Below are positions 10,042-23,249 of a stretch of DNA of 63,619 nt, in pieces. The stretch covers positions 655,503 to 719,121 of the forward strand of contig KE561209.1 of the NCBI GenBank assembly GCA_000442015.1. Direction: 5' to 3'. The position numbers were made by a program, and so were the translations under genes. The notes under the pieces are model-generated. The model saw only the letters and a list, made by a program, of their open reading frames with translations. It was not told the origin of the DNA and made no database searches. This DNA is from Rozella allomycis CSF55. Lineage: Eukaryota. Each line of letters opens with the position of its first letter. Positions within the stretch are counted from its first letter, which is position 1.

Positions 10042-13000
10042 ATGAATGATTCCAGTGTTTCACAATTTTTCAATCAGAACCAGTCCTCGCAAACAATTCC
10101 CAGTAATGCCTTAATTTAAAAGTTAAAGGCGACCTAGCAATCCAATTCTGGATCTCCTTTCAAATCCCGCCGGTGATAGCGACTCACACCAGGTAAAAGT
10201 ATGGTAAACCAATGGCAGAACATTATGCTGTTCAGGTGTTCGAATGAACTACAATGAGTTTATAATTGGCTGTCGAATATGCCAATTCTGGTTAAACACT
10301 CGGCAGCCATTACCGAAATATTTGACAGACGATATGAAGGCTAGTTTATTGGGCAAGGTGGATTGGAGAATAAGGGATGGGGACAGGAAAAGGTATGTGG
10401 AGATGTTCCAATCGCTTGGTATTGATACAGATGGATACTTGTCAGGTAAATGGATGCTGGTGGATGGAGAGGTGAAAATGCGCGTGTGTATTTTATGCAG
10501 AGCAAGTTGCCTAATAATAAATTGCATCAGATATGGTAAAAGAGATTGGTTGAGGTTTTGAAGGAATTTGGTTGATAAGGGGAAGAGGGGGAAACTGAAT
10601 TGTAATGAGTTTTGTGTTGCGATGGAGTTGATTACACGGGCGATTGGTGGGGTACCTGTGCCTGGTGTGCTCCCTGGAGAGTTGGTGGTTGAATTGGAGA
10701 GACCTTGTTATTTGAAGACGCAGAATGAGAAGATTAAAGAGATTGAGAATTTAATTAAATCGATGCCTGTGACTAATAAAAATTTTGCAAGTGAAAAGGG
10801 AGTGTTTGAAAATAATTTGCGGCAGACTGGTAGAAATTCTATTCAGCAAAACATGAATGTTGAAATAGTTGACAAGATTGGAGGTTCAATGAATAGGTCT
10901 ATTTCAAATGTAAAGAGAGATACTGTTAAATCAAATGTATTTGCAAACAAGAATGAAGATTTGAAAATAATGATTCCACTGGACTTGAATTCATCTGCTG
11001 TGAAAACACCGACGATACAAGTTTCATTTTTAAAGTCGCCAGAGAAGAGGCTATCGAGTGCTAAAACAAATTCTAGCATGACTCGATCTATTTCACATTT
11101 GGAGTTCTCCAAAGACGAGATATTTGAGGATCCATTTGTTGAAGATCCATTTCAAGATGAGAGTGAGAGATTTGAGGAATTTTCTATAATAAAATCATTT
11201 GAGAGTGAAGAAATTAGTTTGAAAGTTGGGGATGTGATTAATGCGGATATGAAGCATCCGGAAGTGAGTTTGCTTTGGTGGTTTGGCTATAAAAAGAATT
11301 CAGAGCAAGTTGGATGGTTTCCATCTATTTGTGTTCAAAGTAAATTTGGTGTTTAATTAGTAAAGGAATGTTTAAAGCTAAAGCGAATTTTAGTAAAAAG
11401 AATGATGATGAATTGGATTTGAAAATTGGCGATATTTTGGTTCTATTGAGGGAGGAAGATGATGGATGGGTTTGTGTTGAAAATGAGAGATTGGAAAGTG
11501 GCTACGTGCCATTAAACTTTTTGAGTGAAATAAAAAATGTTGAAAGTAATTTTAATTTATGAAGATTTAAAGGAATGAATTTTAATTCTAGACCACGATC
11601 GTTGAGTTTTAATCAGATTTATTCTTATAATATTGAACCTGAAAAAGTTTCTGGATGGAGTGATTTTGTTGGAAGTGAAATTTCTGAATCTGTTTCTAAA
11701 GAAGAAAGAAAAAGACAAGAAGCAATTTTTGAATTAATTGCAACTGAAAGAAAATATGTCGCTGATTTACAATTAATAATTCAAGTTAAAATTAATTTCT
11801 TTTATTTAAAAGGTTTTTTATTCTCCTTTATTGAAAATATTAAATGTCACAACAGTTGAAATGTTGTTTTCTAATATTGAAGACATTTTACTTGTTAATT
11901 GTCAATTGTTGAGTGATCTTGATGATTTACAAAAGAATGAATTTCCAATTGTTAATAATTTAGGCAAAATTATGCTGAGACATGTAATGATTGACCCTGG
12001 TTATTGTAGATTCCAGAATGTCACGTTTATTTAACTTATTGTGGGAATCAATTATCAGCATCAAAATTATTAAACAATTTAACAAAGAATGATGAAAATT
12101 TTAATTTGTTTTTAAAGAAATGTTTAACTGACCCTAGATGTAGAAATTTACAATTATCAAGTTTCTTATTACAACCAATGCAAAGAGTTACAAGATATCC
12201 ACTTTTATTAAAACAAGTATTTGATAAATTAAGTTTAAATAAAGATTATTCATTATACTCAAAAAGATTGTTTAGATCATAAAGAATTACTTGAAGCTTT
12301 ATTCAAGAGTGAAGAATTGTTAAAAAGAGTTAATGAAGCAGCAAGAGAGAAAGAGAATTTAGAGAAAATTAAAGAACTTTCATTAAAATTAGAAACAAAT
12401 GATTTACAAGAAGTAAAATTATATAATTTATAAATAAAGCCATTAGATTTACTTTCAATGACAAAATACGTTGGGAAAAGAAGAATCATTAAAGAAGGTT
12501 ACATTTTTAAAGCGAAAAGCAACAGAAAACTATACGCAATTCTATTTAATGATTTATTAATTTTTACTGAGCAAATTTCAGTAAATTTAAATAATTCAAA
12601 ATCAAATAAATTATCTATTTATAGAAATGTAAAAAATAGATTAGATCTTTGTTTAAGCCACTTCCACTAGATGAAATTGTTGTTAGAGAAGTTCAAGATC
12701 CAAAAATGTTTTCTTCTTACAATCCTTGTTGGTTTCAAATTGTTCACATTAAAGACATTCTAACAATTAAATCTCCAGATCTTCAAGAAAAGAGAATGTG
12801 GTTCAACGAGTAATCTATTTTCATTCAATATAAAGAATTGAAGAAGCAATAAAACAAATCAGATTAGCCGAAAAACATTCAATGTCAAAAAGCAGTTTAA
12901 ATTTCAAATGCATTGGTACAGTTCAAGTTTGCATTAGAGAAGCAAAAGATTTACTCTTCACTGCCAGTAAAACATTTCATTTTGCTATTTTGATAAATGT

Positions 13001-13327
13001 CATCCATTTTGTCTCGTCCAACTTGGAAACCAACAATTAAAGTCTAAAGTTGTTCAAAATTCAAATTATCCAAAATGGAACCAGAGTTTAATGTTTTCTG
13101 TGGAAACTTTGGATTCAAACATCCGTTTCATTGTTTATCATTATGATCGTTATGGTCAGAACAGTATGATTAAATGTTACATTTTGTTAGCGTATCTCGG
13201 TCAATGCGAAATACAATTAGATTTCTTGGAATACTATGGCGAAAAGGAAACTGAAATCATCGAGTTGTCATTAAAAGATGTGCCGAAAGGATCTCTACTG
13301 ATTCAACTGCAGTATCACTCTACATGA
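10042..13327 (+). CDS. intersectin-like protein: EH-EH-SH3-SH3-DH-PH-C2
   Basis: EH (MNYNEFIIGC; LVDKGKRGKLNCNEFCVAMELI), two SH3 (WWFG..GWFPS; DDELDLKIGD..DDGW..GYVP), DH (ERKRQEAIFELIATE; LLQPMQRVTRYPLLL), PH, C2 (VQVCIREAKDL...PKWNQSLMF). Confidence 0.85.
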
Positions 13328-13384
13328 ATAATAAATTAATTTTGTATTTTAATTTTATCCATTTGAAACTTTTAAACTTTGAAA

Positions 13385-13795
13385 ATTTATTCGCCTGCGA
13401 ATCCCCCATCTCACCAATTACTATTTCTGAGTCATCCGATATCTTTTTCCTAAACATTCATTTCTTACTGTGCTATTCTATAAAGCTGAGTTGCACCCGT
13501 CAACCCAACAAACAAATTCACCAACAACAATGAATAATTCACCGGTATAATCTGCGTCGAATACCTCGACCATATCAATCCAGTAGCCAGCAGCGCTAAA
13601 TTGCATCCACCCCAATCATACCTGTATTCTGCGACACGGACAATTTCTCAGCCGGCCTGCTGAGATCTCCCAGTCCAGCAACCACCAGTGCCTATCACAT
13701 CTACCACATCCATGTACCCATTTCATCGCCGGCGCCCAGAAATGTATCGTCTTGGGGCCAGCCGGATGGTTCCACAGCTTCTGGAACGATGCCAT
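13385..13795 (-). CDS. MPC2: mitochondrial pyruvate carrier 2 (not in ORF track; 3' end approximate)
   Basis: Manual splicing gives MASFQKLWNHPAGPKTIHFWAPAMKW-ALVVAGLGDLSRPAEKLSVSQN..ATGLIWSRYSTQIIPVNYSLLLVNLFVGLTGATQLYRI. Confidence 0.92.
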
Positions 13796-13828
13796 TTGTT
13801 TTGTTATTTTTCTTAAATATCAGGATTC

Positions 13829-16303
13829 ATGGCGCAAGTCAGCAGAGCGAAAAATATTCTCGCGAAATACTACAGTGTTAATGATGGTGAGAAGGGTAAG
13901 AGCGGATTTATTGTGGGATAGTTGAGTCGCCGAAACGCGCAGAGGTTGAAATCGAGGATCCGAATCAGCCGCTCGGTATGGTGTGCTTTGGAGAGTTAAT
14001 TAGGTATGATTATATGTTGGGGTGTACAGATCATGCAGAGTTTAATGCTGATACGTATATTTCGTCAATGCTGGCGAATAAGGGGTTTGAAGAATTGACT
14101 ATTGAATTGGACGATCTGGACCAGCAGATCAAGCGATTCGAAGTTGATACAAAGACTCTTGTTTATGATAATTATACAAGATTCATTAAGGCTACTGATA
14201 CCATCAGTGACATGAAAAACGATGTTGAGCAAATGGAAAAATCAATGACTAGTTTGCTCACCCAAATGAATGAAATGTCACAGGATTCTAGTGCCATTCA
14301 CGAGAGATTTTCTGAAAGGCGTGTGAGAATAAATCAGTTATGTGAGGCCCAGAATATGGTGAAAAAGGTAATTCACTGGAGTAGAGGTTACAGATTCAAT
14401 ATATTTTGGAATTGCCGACATACTTGCAGAGAAATATATCGAAAAAGTCTAGCTGGAAAGCCCTAGTGCATAATTATTCGTGGATGATGGATAGTCTGCA
14501 AAATAAGGATCATATTGACAGTTTTGCAAAGATTAAACGGGAAGCAACTGAAATTATTGCGCCGATAAAGGATGAGGCGTATAAAAAGGTTACCCTGAAG
14601 AGTGCGGGAAAAGTAATAAATGTTAAATGGGTTTTTAGATCAAAATGGAAGATTTAATTGAAAGTTGCTCGATTCTGGTAGGAATTAAAGAGAACCCGCT
14701 GGACATCTCCCAATCTTTGATTAGCAGGTATGCATATCTTTATTGCAATTTTTAGCGCGGATACAATCTTAAAGAAGATTTCTTCATCGCTGCCTTTAAA
14801 GGGAACTTACAATGAGCAACTAGAGAATGTGAATTCTCAATATATTAAACCAATGACTCCTTTTTTGATTCATTTCCATTTCATTTTCATGTCAGAATTT
14901 GAAGTAAAAAGAAACAAAAAGAAGAATCCCAACACTGAAATTCAAGATTTACTACCCGGTCTACATAAAGTTCTATTATCCACGCAAGTAAATAACATAA
15001 ATTCGTATGATAGGAATATGATACTTTAAAGGCTAATCTTCTAGCTCAGGCAAATGAATGGCTAAACAATTTCTGCGAGTTGTTGAAAAATATTTTAAAA
15101 GAGGAAGTAATTTCTCTTTAAATTAATGTTTAAGAAAGATTGGCCTGTTTTGATTTCGTTTTTTCATGATGTGAATGAAATCGCAATGGTTTCTGACCAA
15201 AATCACTGTGTCGACATATTTTCTACAACAAAATCATTCATCCTATCATTCTTTATTAATAACATCCAAAAGAAATTCGTAAATCTCTCGTCGAGTTTAA
15301 TGGAATCCTTTGATAAAAATGACGAAATTGCTCCGTTAACAGATAACATTATGAATAGTTACACAATGATTATTAATGACATACAGCCAGTTTTAAGATC
15401 AGAATTCAGTTACATGAAATCATACTCTCATGATATTTTACTCACGTGTCAGACTCTCTTAAAACAATCTTTAACGGATTTCGTTAACTATCTAGGGAAT
15501 TTGAGTGTTTTGGATACAAAGCTTTTATTGAAACAAGTGTCGGTTCTATTTGAGCTTAATATTTCTATCCTTGATAAAATATTTGTTCATTTCTCTGAAA
15601 GTTTGTTCATTGGAAAAGGTGGTTTACGAAATTGGATGTCCCAAGTCGCCCCCATAAAATTAGAGGCAATACAATTAGCTCAAGTAAAATATTCGCATAT
15701 TTATGACAGAAATGTTTGGAACTCAGTGTTCGTCTCACAGAGACTTCCACTTTGGATATTCTGGAAACCTTTTTGGATAATCAACCCTGGCTTCAATATG
15801 AAATCCCGACTGGACACTCATCCGATATAGTGCGCTGTATTAATATTGTTCAAAACTTTAATTCCTTTTGTAACACATATTTGCCCAAGGCTCCGTCTAA
15901 AAAGAACTCTTCGTCTCAAAAAAGCGGATCAGATTCACGCAAAAGCAAGAATAACAGAAAGTCAACATTTGATGATCAACTATCAGCAAATATAGATAAG
16001 ATATTTTCTGAAAGAATAGTCATATTTGCACCAATTACAATAGACAACACATGTCCTGTCATGCAAGTGTGTAGGTCATTCCTGAAGGCATGGACTGAGT
16101 ATGTACGAATGAAAACACTTAATGCAAATGGATTTAATCAAATTCAAATTGATGCAGAGCAGTTTAGAATCGCTCTGTGGAAGATGGATAACGAAAATGA
16201 GACTTTAATGACTTTATTAGATGATGTCATTTCCAATGCATACAAAAGATCGATAAATCCAAGACCACTTTCACCAAATAGTCTCTCTAATTTTTCTAAA
16301 TAA
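13829..16303 (+). CDS. VPS51: GARP/EARP complex subunit Vps51/Ang2
   Basis: KNILAKYY N-terminus, FNADTYI, KTLVYDNYTRFIKATDTI, C-terminal IDKIFSERI and LKAWTEYVRMKTLNANGFNQIQID. Confidence 0.88.
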
Positions 16304-16365
16304 AGGTGTTATAGATTTCAATATTTTTTTGGGGTATTGATTTTGTAATTTTCAGAGTCTGTGTT

Positions 16366-16642
16366 ATGAATTCACTTGCTCGTCAATCAATTCGTCCATT
16401 GGCGAGAAATTCGCTAACACGCTACCAACTTCACTTTGACATTAAGGGTTCATGCGATGTATGTTAATCATTGCTCGTAAATATAGTGGCAAGGATTTGA
16501 GGTCCGCAAAAGCTGGCTTGGATACAACAAAGCCTACATTTATGCCATATTAGGATTTGGGGCACCAATTTTTCATTGGCTTTATAACGGGTAATGTGTA
16601 GAGAATTGATGGAACGATAGATTTAAGAAAGTTGAAACATGA
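16366..16642 (+). CDS. cytochrome c oxidase subunit VIIc (yeast Cox8-like), 3 exons, not in ORF track
   Basis: Presequence MNSLARQSIRPLARNSLTRYQLHF, then a TM segment AYIYAILGFGAPIFHWLY and KK tail. Confidence 0.6.
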
Positions 16643-16702
16643 GATCCATGATGAATAAACTTCAATTTGATGCAATGTAAATTATAAGGCATTTATAGAG
16701 AT

Positions 16703-18769
16703 TTATTCTACTTTTTTCAATTCTTTTAATTGGCCAATGAACTTCTTTGGGGTGAGGACGTCTGTTGTGACGATATATATTTCTCTTTTCAATGAAGATG
16801 CACATTCATAAATAGTTCTTAATTCTGCGTATGTAGCGCCTCCTGCTATGAATAAAATGATCCGACCAGTCGATGATGTTTTATCCTTGTTATTTGCAAT
16901 TAAATGGACTTACCTTTGAATCTTTATTCTTAGTCTGCCATGTAGGTTTTGCGTTTCTTAGTGAAGTAATCTTTTTGGATCCCGAATTGTCGGGGTTATC
17001 TTCCGCGGCATCGCTCTCACGCATATAGGGATAATCCGAAGGCGTTAGCTGGTTTGCTATATAATCCTAGGTTATTAAAAATATTTTGTTACCTCAATGA
17101 GATATTTTATATTGGGGATGTATCTTGACAGTTCATATGGAACGTCATCGTCCCTCTTCTTTCTTTTCTTTTCCTTCTTTGAAACCTTCTTTTTCCCACT
17201 AGACTTTGAAAGTTTTATTCCCAATAAAGCTAAATTGGTAATGGCATTTGCATCATCGAATGGAATCTTGGCAATGTCTAACAATTTCTTCCTATCATTG
17301 TCATTGACCCCTTCTCTTGAGATTATGAACAGAATTAACAAGCGTATTTTATCAACAATTCTATAAATGAAAATTAATCGCCTTACGAAACATCTCTATC
17401 TGCTAACAATGGCGCCAAGTCAGCCACTGGGTTTTTCACTTCTGAGCCATCTGCGGTAAGTCCTGTAGCCATATCCTACATAAAAATAATAAACTCGTTT
17501 ATACTTGTTCAATGGAGGCAATTTTGTTCAGCTTTTTTCTTTCAAACTCTGCCATGCATTCTTGTGCCATTGTCATGTGTAAAGAAAACTTTCCTTTCAA
17601 CTCTTGAAACTGTGGAAGAGCATTTATCGTGTCTCTCATTTCTTTCAAAGTATTGGCACCCGTAGCAGCTGATCTTTGAGATGTTGAAATGGCTGCCTTA
17701 TTTTCAGACACGAATTTGTTAAAGTTATTCAAAAGATTGTTAATTGTTTCAGCGATATGGGTGTGCCTCAAACCTTCCCAAATATTATCAGTATCATCCA
17801 GTATAGTCTCTTTTTCATCAGCGCCTTGAGAGGAACTATAACGGTATCTCTTAAAAATATCAAGGAATCTTACGAATATTTTCTTCCATCAACTAACTCC
17901 AAAAGATCATTGGCCATTGCTTGATAGGTAAATTCATGAAGTATTGGACTAAACACATCAAACGAACGATCTATAACAAACATGACTGCCCGTGGTCGAT
18001 CAAGAGGTTCCATATTAGCCATTCTTGAATATCTATCTAATTTATCTTGGATAGTAAGAGCAAGTCGCTGGGTTAATTTATCAGGTGCTGTGGAATTCGC
18101 AGCATATCGAATGATTGGAATTTCACCCATTGTCGCGCAAACAGACANTTCAGAATTAATATTACTTTTTCCGCGATGAAATTTATTTCTTCTTGAAATT
18201 CATGGGAATCCGGAGAATAAAAGTGATAAAATGATTCTGGCCGTTCAAAGGTAATTACTTTTGATTCAAAAGCTATGATTATGAAATTGCATTGCTACCT
18301 ATAAAATCAACAAAAAGCTCTGTAATATTTTTGATATATCCTTTGTATGGACTAGTTGCAATTTTCTTGAACAACCCGTCACTTAACGCTACCTTGTGAT
18401 ATTAATACACGGTTACCAGCAGTAAAAAAGATATGTCCTCCAGCATATATTTTCGCTTTCATATCATTCAACAATGCATCAACAGATTTGGCCATTGGAG
18501 TAAGGAAATATATAGCTTGATAAGCCGGATAAGGTTGTCTTCCTTTTGTTATATCTTCCACAACTTTTTATGTAAATACATGCCTCAGTACCCATGATAT
18601 TTTCATCCGTTATATCATACATTTTAACTGCTGCTGAAATGACCTTTACTGAAATTGGATCTGTGATCAATATTTTCCATCCATTCGAAACAGATCGTAG
18701 CATATCCACCAAAATTCCTTTAAAATTGATAGCAAAATCTTTACTTTTCCTTACTAAATCTGTCGCCAT
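16703..18769 (-). CDS. SEC1: Sec1/Munc18 SM protein
   Basis: WKILITD, EDITKGRQPYP..AIYFLTP, DRSFDVFSPILHEFTYQAMANDLL, YELSRYIP, IILFIAGGATYAELR. Confidence 0.92.
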
Positions 18770-18797
18770 TTCAATCCAAAATATCGTAAACAAGGAT

Positions 18798-19928
18798 ATG
18801 TATTTTCTAACTATTTTTCAGCTAATTTCACAAATAGCAGTGGCTCAAAATTTGCAAGAATTTAAATTTGTCCAAGAATATAAAGTGCATGATAATGGTA
18901 TAAAAGCTAGGGATGTTGTGCATGATGATACCTTTTCGATTAGGACAAAACTTAATGTCGCTGAGGATTATTTAGATCCAGATCCTGAATCGAAAGAGAC
19001 AATTGAAACATTTGCACGAATGGCCGCGATTGGATACTTTAAACCTGGTAAAGTTGATAAAGCACCTTGGGAACCTGTCCCGGGTTATAATAGAGTAAAA
19101 CACAATATTTATTGCAACTTGAATAGTAGTTTTGGCTGGGGTAATAAAGGATTAAGAGGTCATGTTTTTATAAGTACTGATGAATCATTCATCGTTGTTT
19201 CCTTTAAGGGGACTACTTTAGGACTGTCAAAGAAATGGGATTCGGACAAGTATCAAGTAGATCCATTTCATTGACGTTAAAGGATAATCTAATGTTTTCA
19301 TGCTGTTGTTCCAAAGTAGATATTACATGGAAGCCAATGTGCCCTTGTGTTAAAGGAGAAAAAGTATGCTCCTTGAATTGCCTTAAATGGTGGGCCCACA
19401 GCGATGAAACGTACTATCATGCAGCGATAGTAAGAAATCTAATCCTTTTAAAACAAGAAAATAGTAGAAAACGTTAGAATAAATTACCCATCGTCTAAAA
19501 TTTGGTTCACAGGGCATTCCATGGGTGGTTCAATCGCAAGTCTTTTAGCAGCAACCTATGAAAAATCAGCGGCGATTACATTTAATGCTCCTGGAGAGAA
19601 AAAGTTCGCAGAAATTCTGAATCTGAATCCAAATCCGAATGTGTTCCATTTTGGAGTTTCCACAGATCCCATTTTCAATGGAGCTTGCCAAGGTATTTTT
19701 TGTAAGTAAGTAATTAAAGGTAAGTTGTCTCCATGCTATGCCGCCGGTTATGCAATGGAAACTAAATGTCATTTGGGTAAAGTCTGCGTATATGCGAAGA
19801 GCGGGAAATTTGATATTTTGCATCACCAGATTAAATATTTTTATGACCATTTCATCTCAAAAAACATCGTCCCAAAATGTTACATTGAAAGCGATTGCAA
19901 GGATTGTAGTGGATGGGCATTTGAATAA
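18798..19928 (+). CDS. ATG15: Atg15-like vacuolar lipase
   Basis: N-terminal hydrophobic anchor, FGWGNKGLRGHVF, VVSFKGT, DNLMFSCCC, WFTGHSMGG, CYAAGYAMETKCHLG. Confidence 0.9.
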
Positions 19929-20234
19929 AAAATGATTTAGATTTTATGTTCAATTGCAGGCGGGATCTAAGCCAAATATTTAATAAGCACAAATCAAGCA
20001 AAATTTAAAAATATTTATATGGTCTCAGTTCCACATAATTACATAAATACCTTTACGCCAGTAACCAACCATTAGTACCCCCAGAAGTTACACGTACAAC
20101 GTATCTGGATGTATTGGCTCTTGAATAACGTTTTATACATTCTTAGCTAATAGCTTACGGGTAAACCAATGGTATAAGTTCATGTATTTAGTCGTTAAAT
20201 TTTGGGCGGGAATATTTTTGAAATTTTGGAGTTT

Positions 20235-21419
20235 ATGCTTGGCACTTCAATGATCACAGATACCAATGAAACAGACCAGTTTGAATCCTTCAAAGCAATG
20301 TTACTAAAAAAATATACATTTCCTGTATTATTTGAAGATTTTGCTCGTGATTTAGTTAGCTACTTAAAGCTTCCCGAACACGAACATTTGCATACAGATA
20401 CAACCATAAATACTATAGAGCAAAGTTACTCCAAATTATTTGGAACTCCTTTGGCGTGGGATGATTGCATCAATTTTTTAAATGTCATATTGGCCATGAC
20501 ACGAGAAGAAAAACAGTCAAAGGTTATTGTTAGTCCAACCAAAAAGACATCATTATCGCCTAAAAAGCAAAAAGAATTTTATGAAGAAGCATTAAAGCAC
20601 CACGAAAGCATTTTAGAAAACCAGCAACAAGAAATTTCACGACTAACAGAAGAAATTGTTAAACAAAAGAAAGAAATTAGCACTCAGAAACAACAAATAG
20701 AATTACTTGAGGATATAAATTCAACAGTAATTGATTATCTAAACTAAAACCAAAGATTGAAGCGCAATTAGATTTGGCTCAAAAAGATGTTGAATTGTGG
20801 AAGTCTAGATCTAGAATAAGAGAAGAAAAAGTTGTAAATCGTGTCAATGTCGCTTGTCAAGCTCTAGTACGTCAATCAGAAGATATTAGCATTCAAACTG
20901 ATCTCGAGCCACCAAAAGAAAATGAAAATTTTGATTTTGACAATTATTTTGAAAAAAGTGAAACTCCAAAGAAAGAAGTAGAGCTTCCTGCAGAAACAGA
21001 GAAAAATTCTATCACACAAGAAATAGTTATTTCTGAAAGTGTTCGTGAGCAACTTGAAATTCGAGATCGATGTAATTTTTATTCCTATTTATGTAATAGA
21101 TATCGCATTGCTGAAATCAATGTTAGAAATGAAAACAAAGATTAATCCCCCGGAAATTCAGGAAAATAAAGTCAACAAACACTCTCGCCAAAGCAATCCT
21201 TTTCAACAATCGATTCGAAATGACGACTCTACTAATTCATTAATGAAAAATAACTTAGATCATAAATTTTCTCTACTTCAAGCGAAATTTTTAGTGCCAT
21301 TTAACAAATGGCATATCGCTGTTTACACTTTTGCCATGTGGTTAGTAGGAATCTTTATTTCATTTTTTGTACTATTATTCCATAGTGAAACGTATCCTGA
21401 TCTTATTCTGGTAGCATAA
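20235..21419 (+). CDS. coiled-coil protein with a single C-terminal transmembrane helix (tail-anchored), unknown
   Basis: Helical N-terminus, coiled coil, TM WHIAVYTFAMWLVGIFISFFVLLF followed by a 12-aa tail. Confidence 0.65.
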
Positions 21420-21465
21420 ATTCATTAATAAATTGAAAATTAAAGTTTCTCATTTTTTCTTGCAT

Positions 21466-22142
21466 ATGGGAAAGCCTCAATCCATCACCCTTTCATGGAT
21501 TTTAAGACATGCAGCTAAATCTGAAGGCATTTATATGGATTCTAAAGGGTATTGTAAAGTATCAGATATTGTAAAACAAAAAATATATCTCTACTAGCTT
21601 TCTCATGAGAAATTCAAAGAAGCAACAGAAAAAACTATACTCAATATTGTCGCGAACGATCAGAAGAACAGATATAGTACTGAAAATCGAGATGGCGAGT
21701 TGTGGATAAAAGCAAATCAAGGTCACTCCTTGGAAGTAAAGGACATTGAGCTTGAAAAAGTCACAGCTGAAGATGTCCCTGTTGCACTACATGGTACATA
21801 CGAAAAGAATTGGGAATCACTAAAACAAAATGGCCTTTCGAGAATGAAAAGACAATACATTCATCTAGCGACAGGAAGGTTTGGAGAAGCGATCAGTGGT
21901 ACAATTTTAATTTAATATAAATCAGGCGTGCGAAAAAGTTGCGATTTATTCATCTATATTGATATATCAAGAGCCTCTGAAGGTAATTTATGCAAACTCA
22001 TGACAAAGATGGCATCGAGTTTTTCAGATCACCCAATGGAGTTATTTTGACACAAGGAAAGGAAGGAATTTTATCATCAAAATATTTCTTAAAGGTGGAG
22101 AAAGGCAACGGGGATATAATAAATTTATCTTCGGCGAATTAA
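21466..22142 (+). CDS. TPT1: tRNA 2'-phosphotransferase (Tpt1/KptA)
   Basis: LSWILRH, NDQKNRY, IKANQGHS, HGT, GLSRMKRQYIHL, FFRSPNGVILT. Confidence 0.93.
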
Positions 22143-22170
22143 TTAAAAGATTTCATACATCTCATTGTTA

Positions 22171-23183
22171 ATGGAAGAATGTACTTCAAATGACATTTTC
22201 TTACATTTTATGTCTGTACAGAATTTTTTATTTTTCTTTTACAAGACGCTTTTGAATGAATGCTTTACAGAAACCAATGGTCTCGTAGGGACTCTATTTG
22301 GTATTACTAATAATTGAATTTAAAAGGGTACATTTCAATTATGTTTTGGTTTATTGCTCAATTTCCGTAAGTTTTATAATCAATTTCGAAAGTCAAATCA
22401 TCCAAAACTATCGAAATCAAAGTGTACAATCACTAAGTCCACTATTCCTGTTAAATTGGATTCTTGGAGATAGTGCTAATCTTATTGGCAGCATCTTGAC
22501 AAAACAATTACCAACTCAGGTATTGATGATATTATCTTAATCCAAACAAAAGATATATTTGGCGACTTACTTTGTTATCATCGATATTGCACTATCAGTC
22601 CAATACATTTACTATAAAAGAAAAGCAATTCATTCACGCATAACTGTAAGCGAAAATGCTTCTTTGCTTCGCTATAACTCTTCTTCAAATTCTATCAAAA
22701 GTTCAGAATCTGTTTCTAAGATCCTAGCCGTTATACCTTTTTTAACTAAAGCGAGCGCAATGCCATTAAATTCCCAAGAACCTGATTCTTTAGTTCAGCT
22801 CGGTGTAGCAATCTCCTGGATTTGTTCTGTTCTTTATTTGTCTTCAAGAATACCTCAAATTTACCGAAACGTATCTTTCTTAAGCTCCAATAATTTAGTG
22901 GAAGCGTCAATCCGTCCAAGGATTATCCATATCAATGTTCATTTTCGCTGCTTTGGGAAACTTGACTTATACCATATCAATTCTACTGAAAACAAAGTCT
23001 ACTGAAGCTTTTTATAATTCATTGCCCTTTCTTATAGGGAGGTACATAAATTTAATTTTTATGATTAGTGGAGGGACTCTGTTGTTTGATTTTAGTATTT
23101 TCATGCAATCCACTTTCTACAAGAATGCGGAAAATGAAGGAATAATTACAGACAGTAACTCGATGAGTTATCATACGTTCTAA
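22171..23183 (+). CDS. PQ-loop vacuolar/lysosomal cationic amino acid transporter (Ypq/PQLC2-like)
   Basis: AQFPQIIQNY, LFLLNWILGDSANLIG, QLPTQ, SRIPQIYRN, FAALGNLTY. Confidence 0.85.
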
Positions 23184-23249
23184 TAAATATTTTTAAAAGA
23201 AATGATTACCTTGAAACTTAATTGAAAAAGGAAATCTCAAATATCACAA

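Noticed and set aside
19945..20183. Possible minus-strand microgene (MNLYHWFT..PIHPDTLYV*LLGVLMVGYWRK)
   Set aside because: In-frame TAA, and no splice model gave a convincing protein
22871..22898. GTATCTTT donor resembling a GT-AG U12 intron in the PQ-loop gene
   Set aside because: 28 nt long with no U12 branch motif; fits the ordinary short major-class introns
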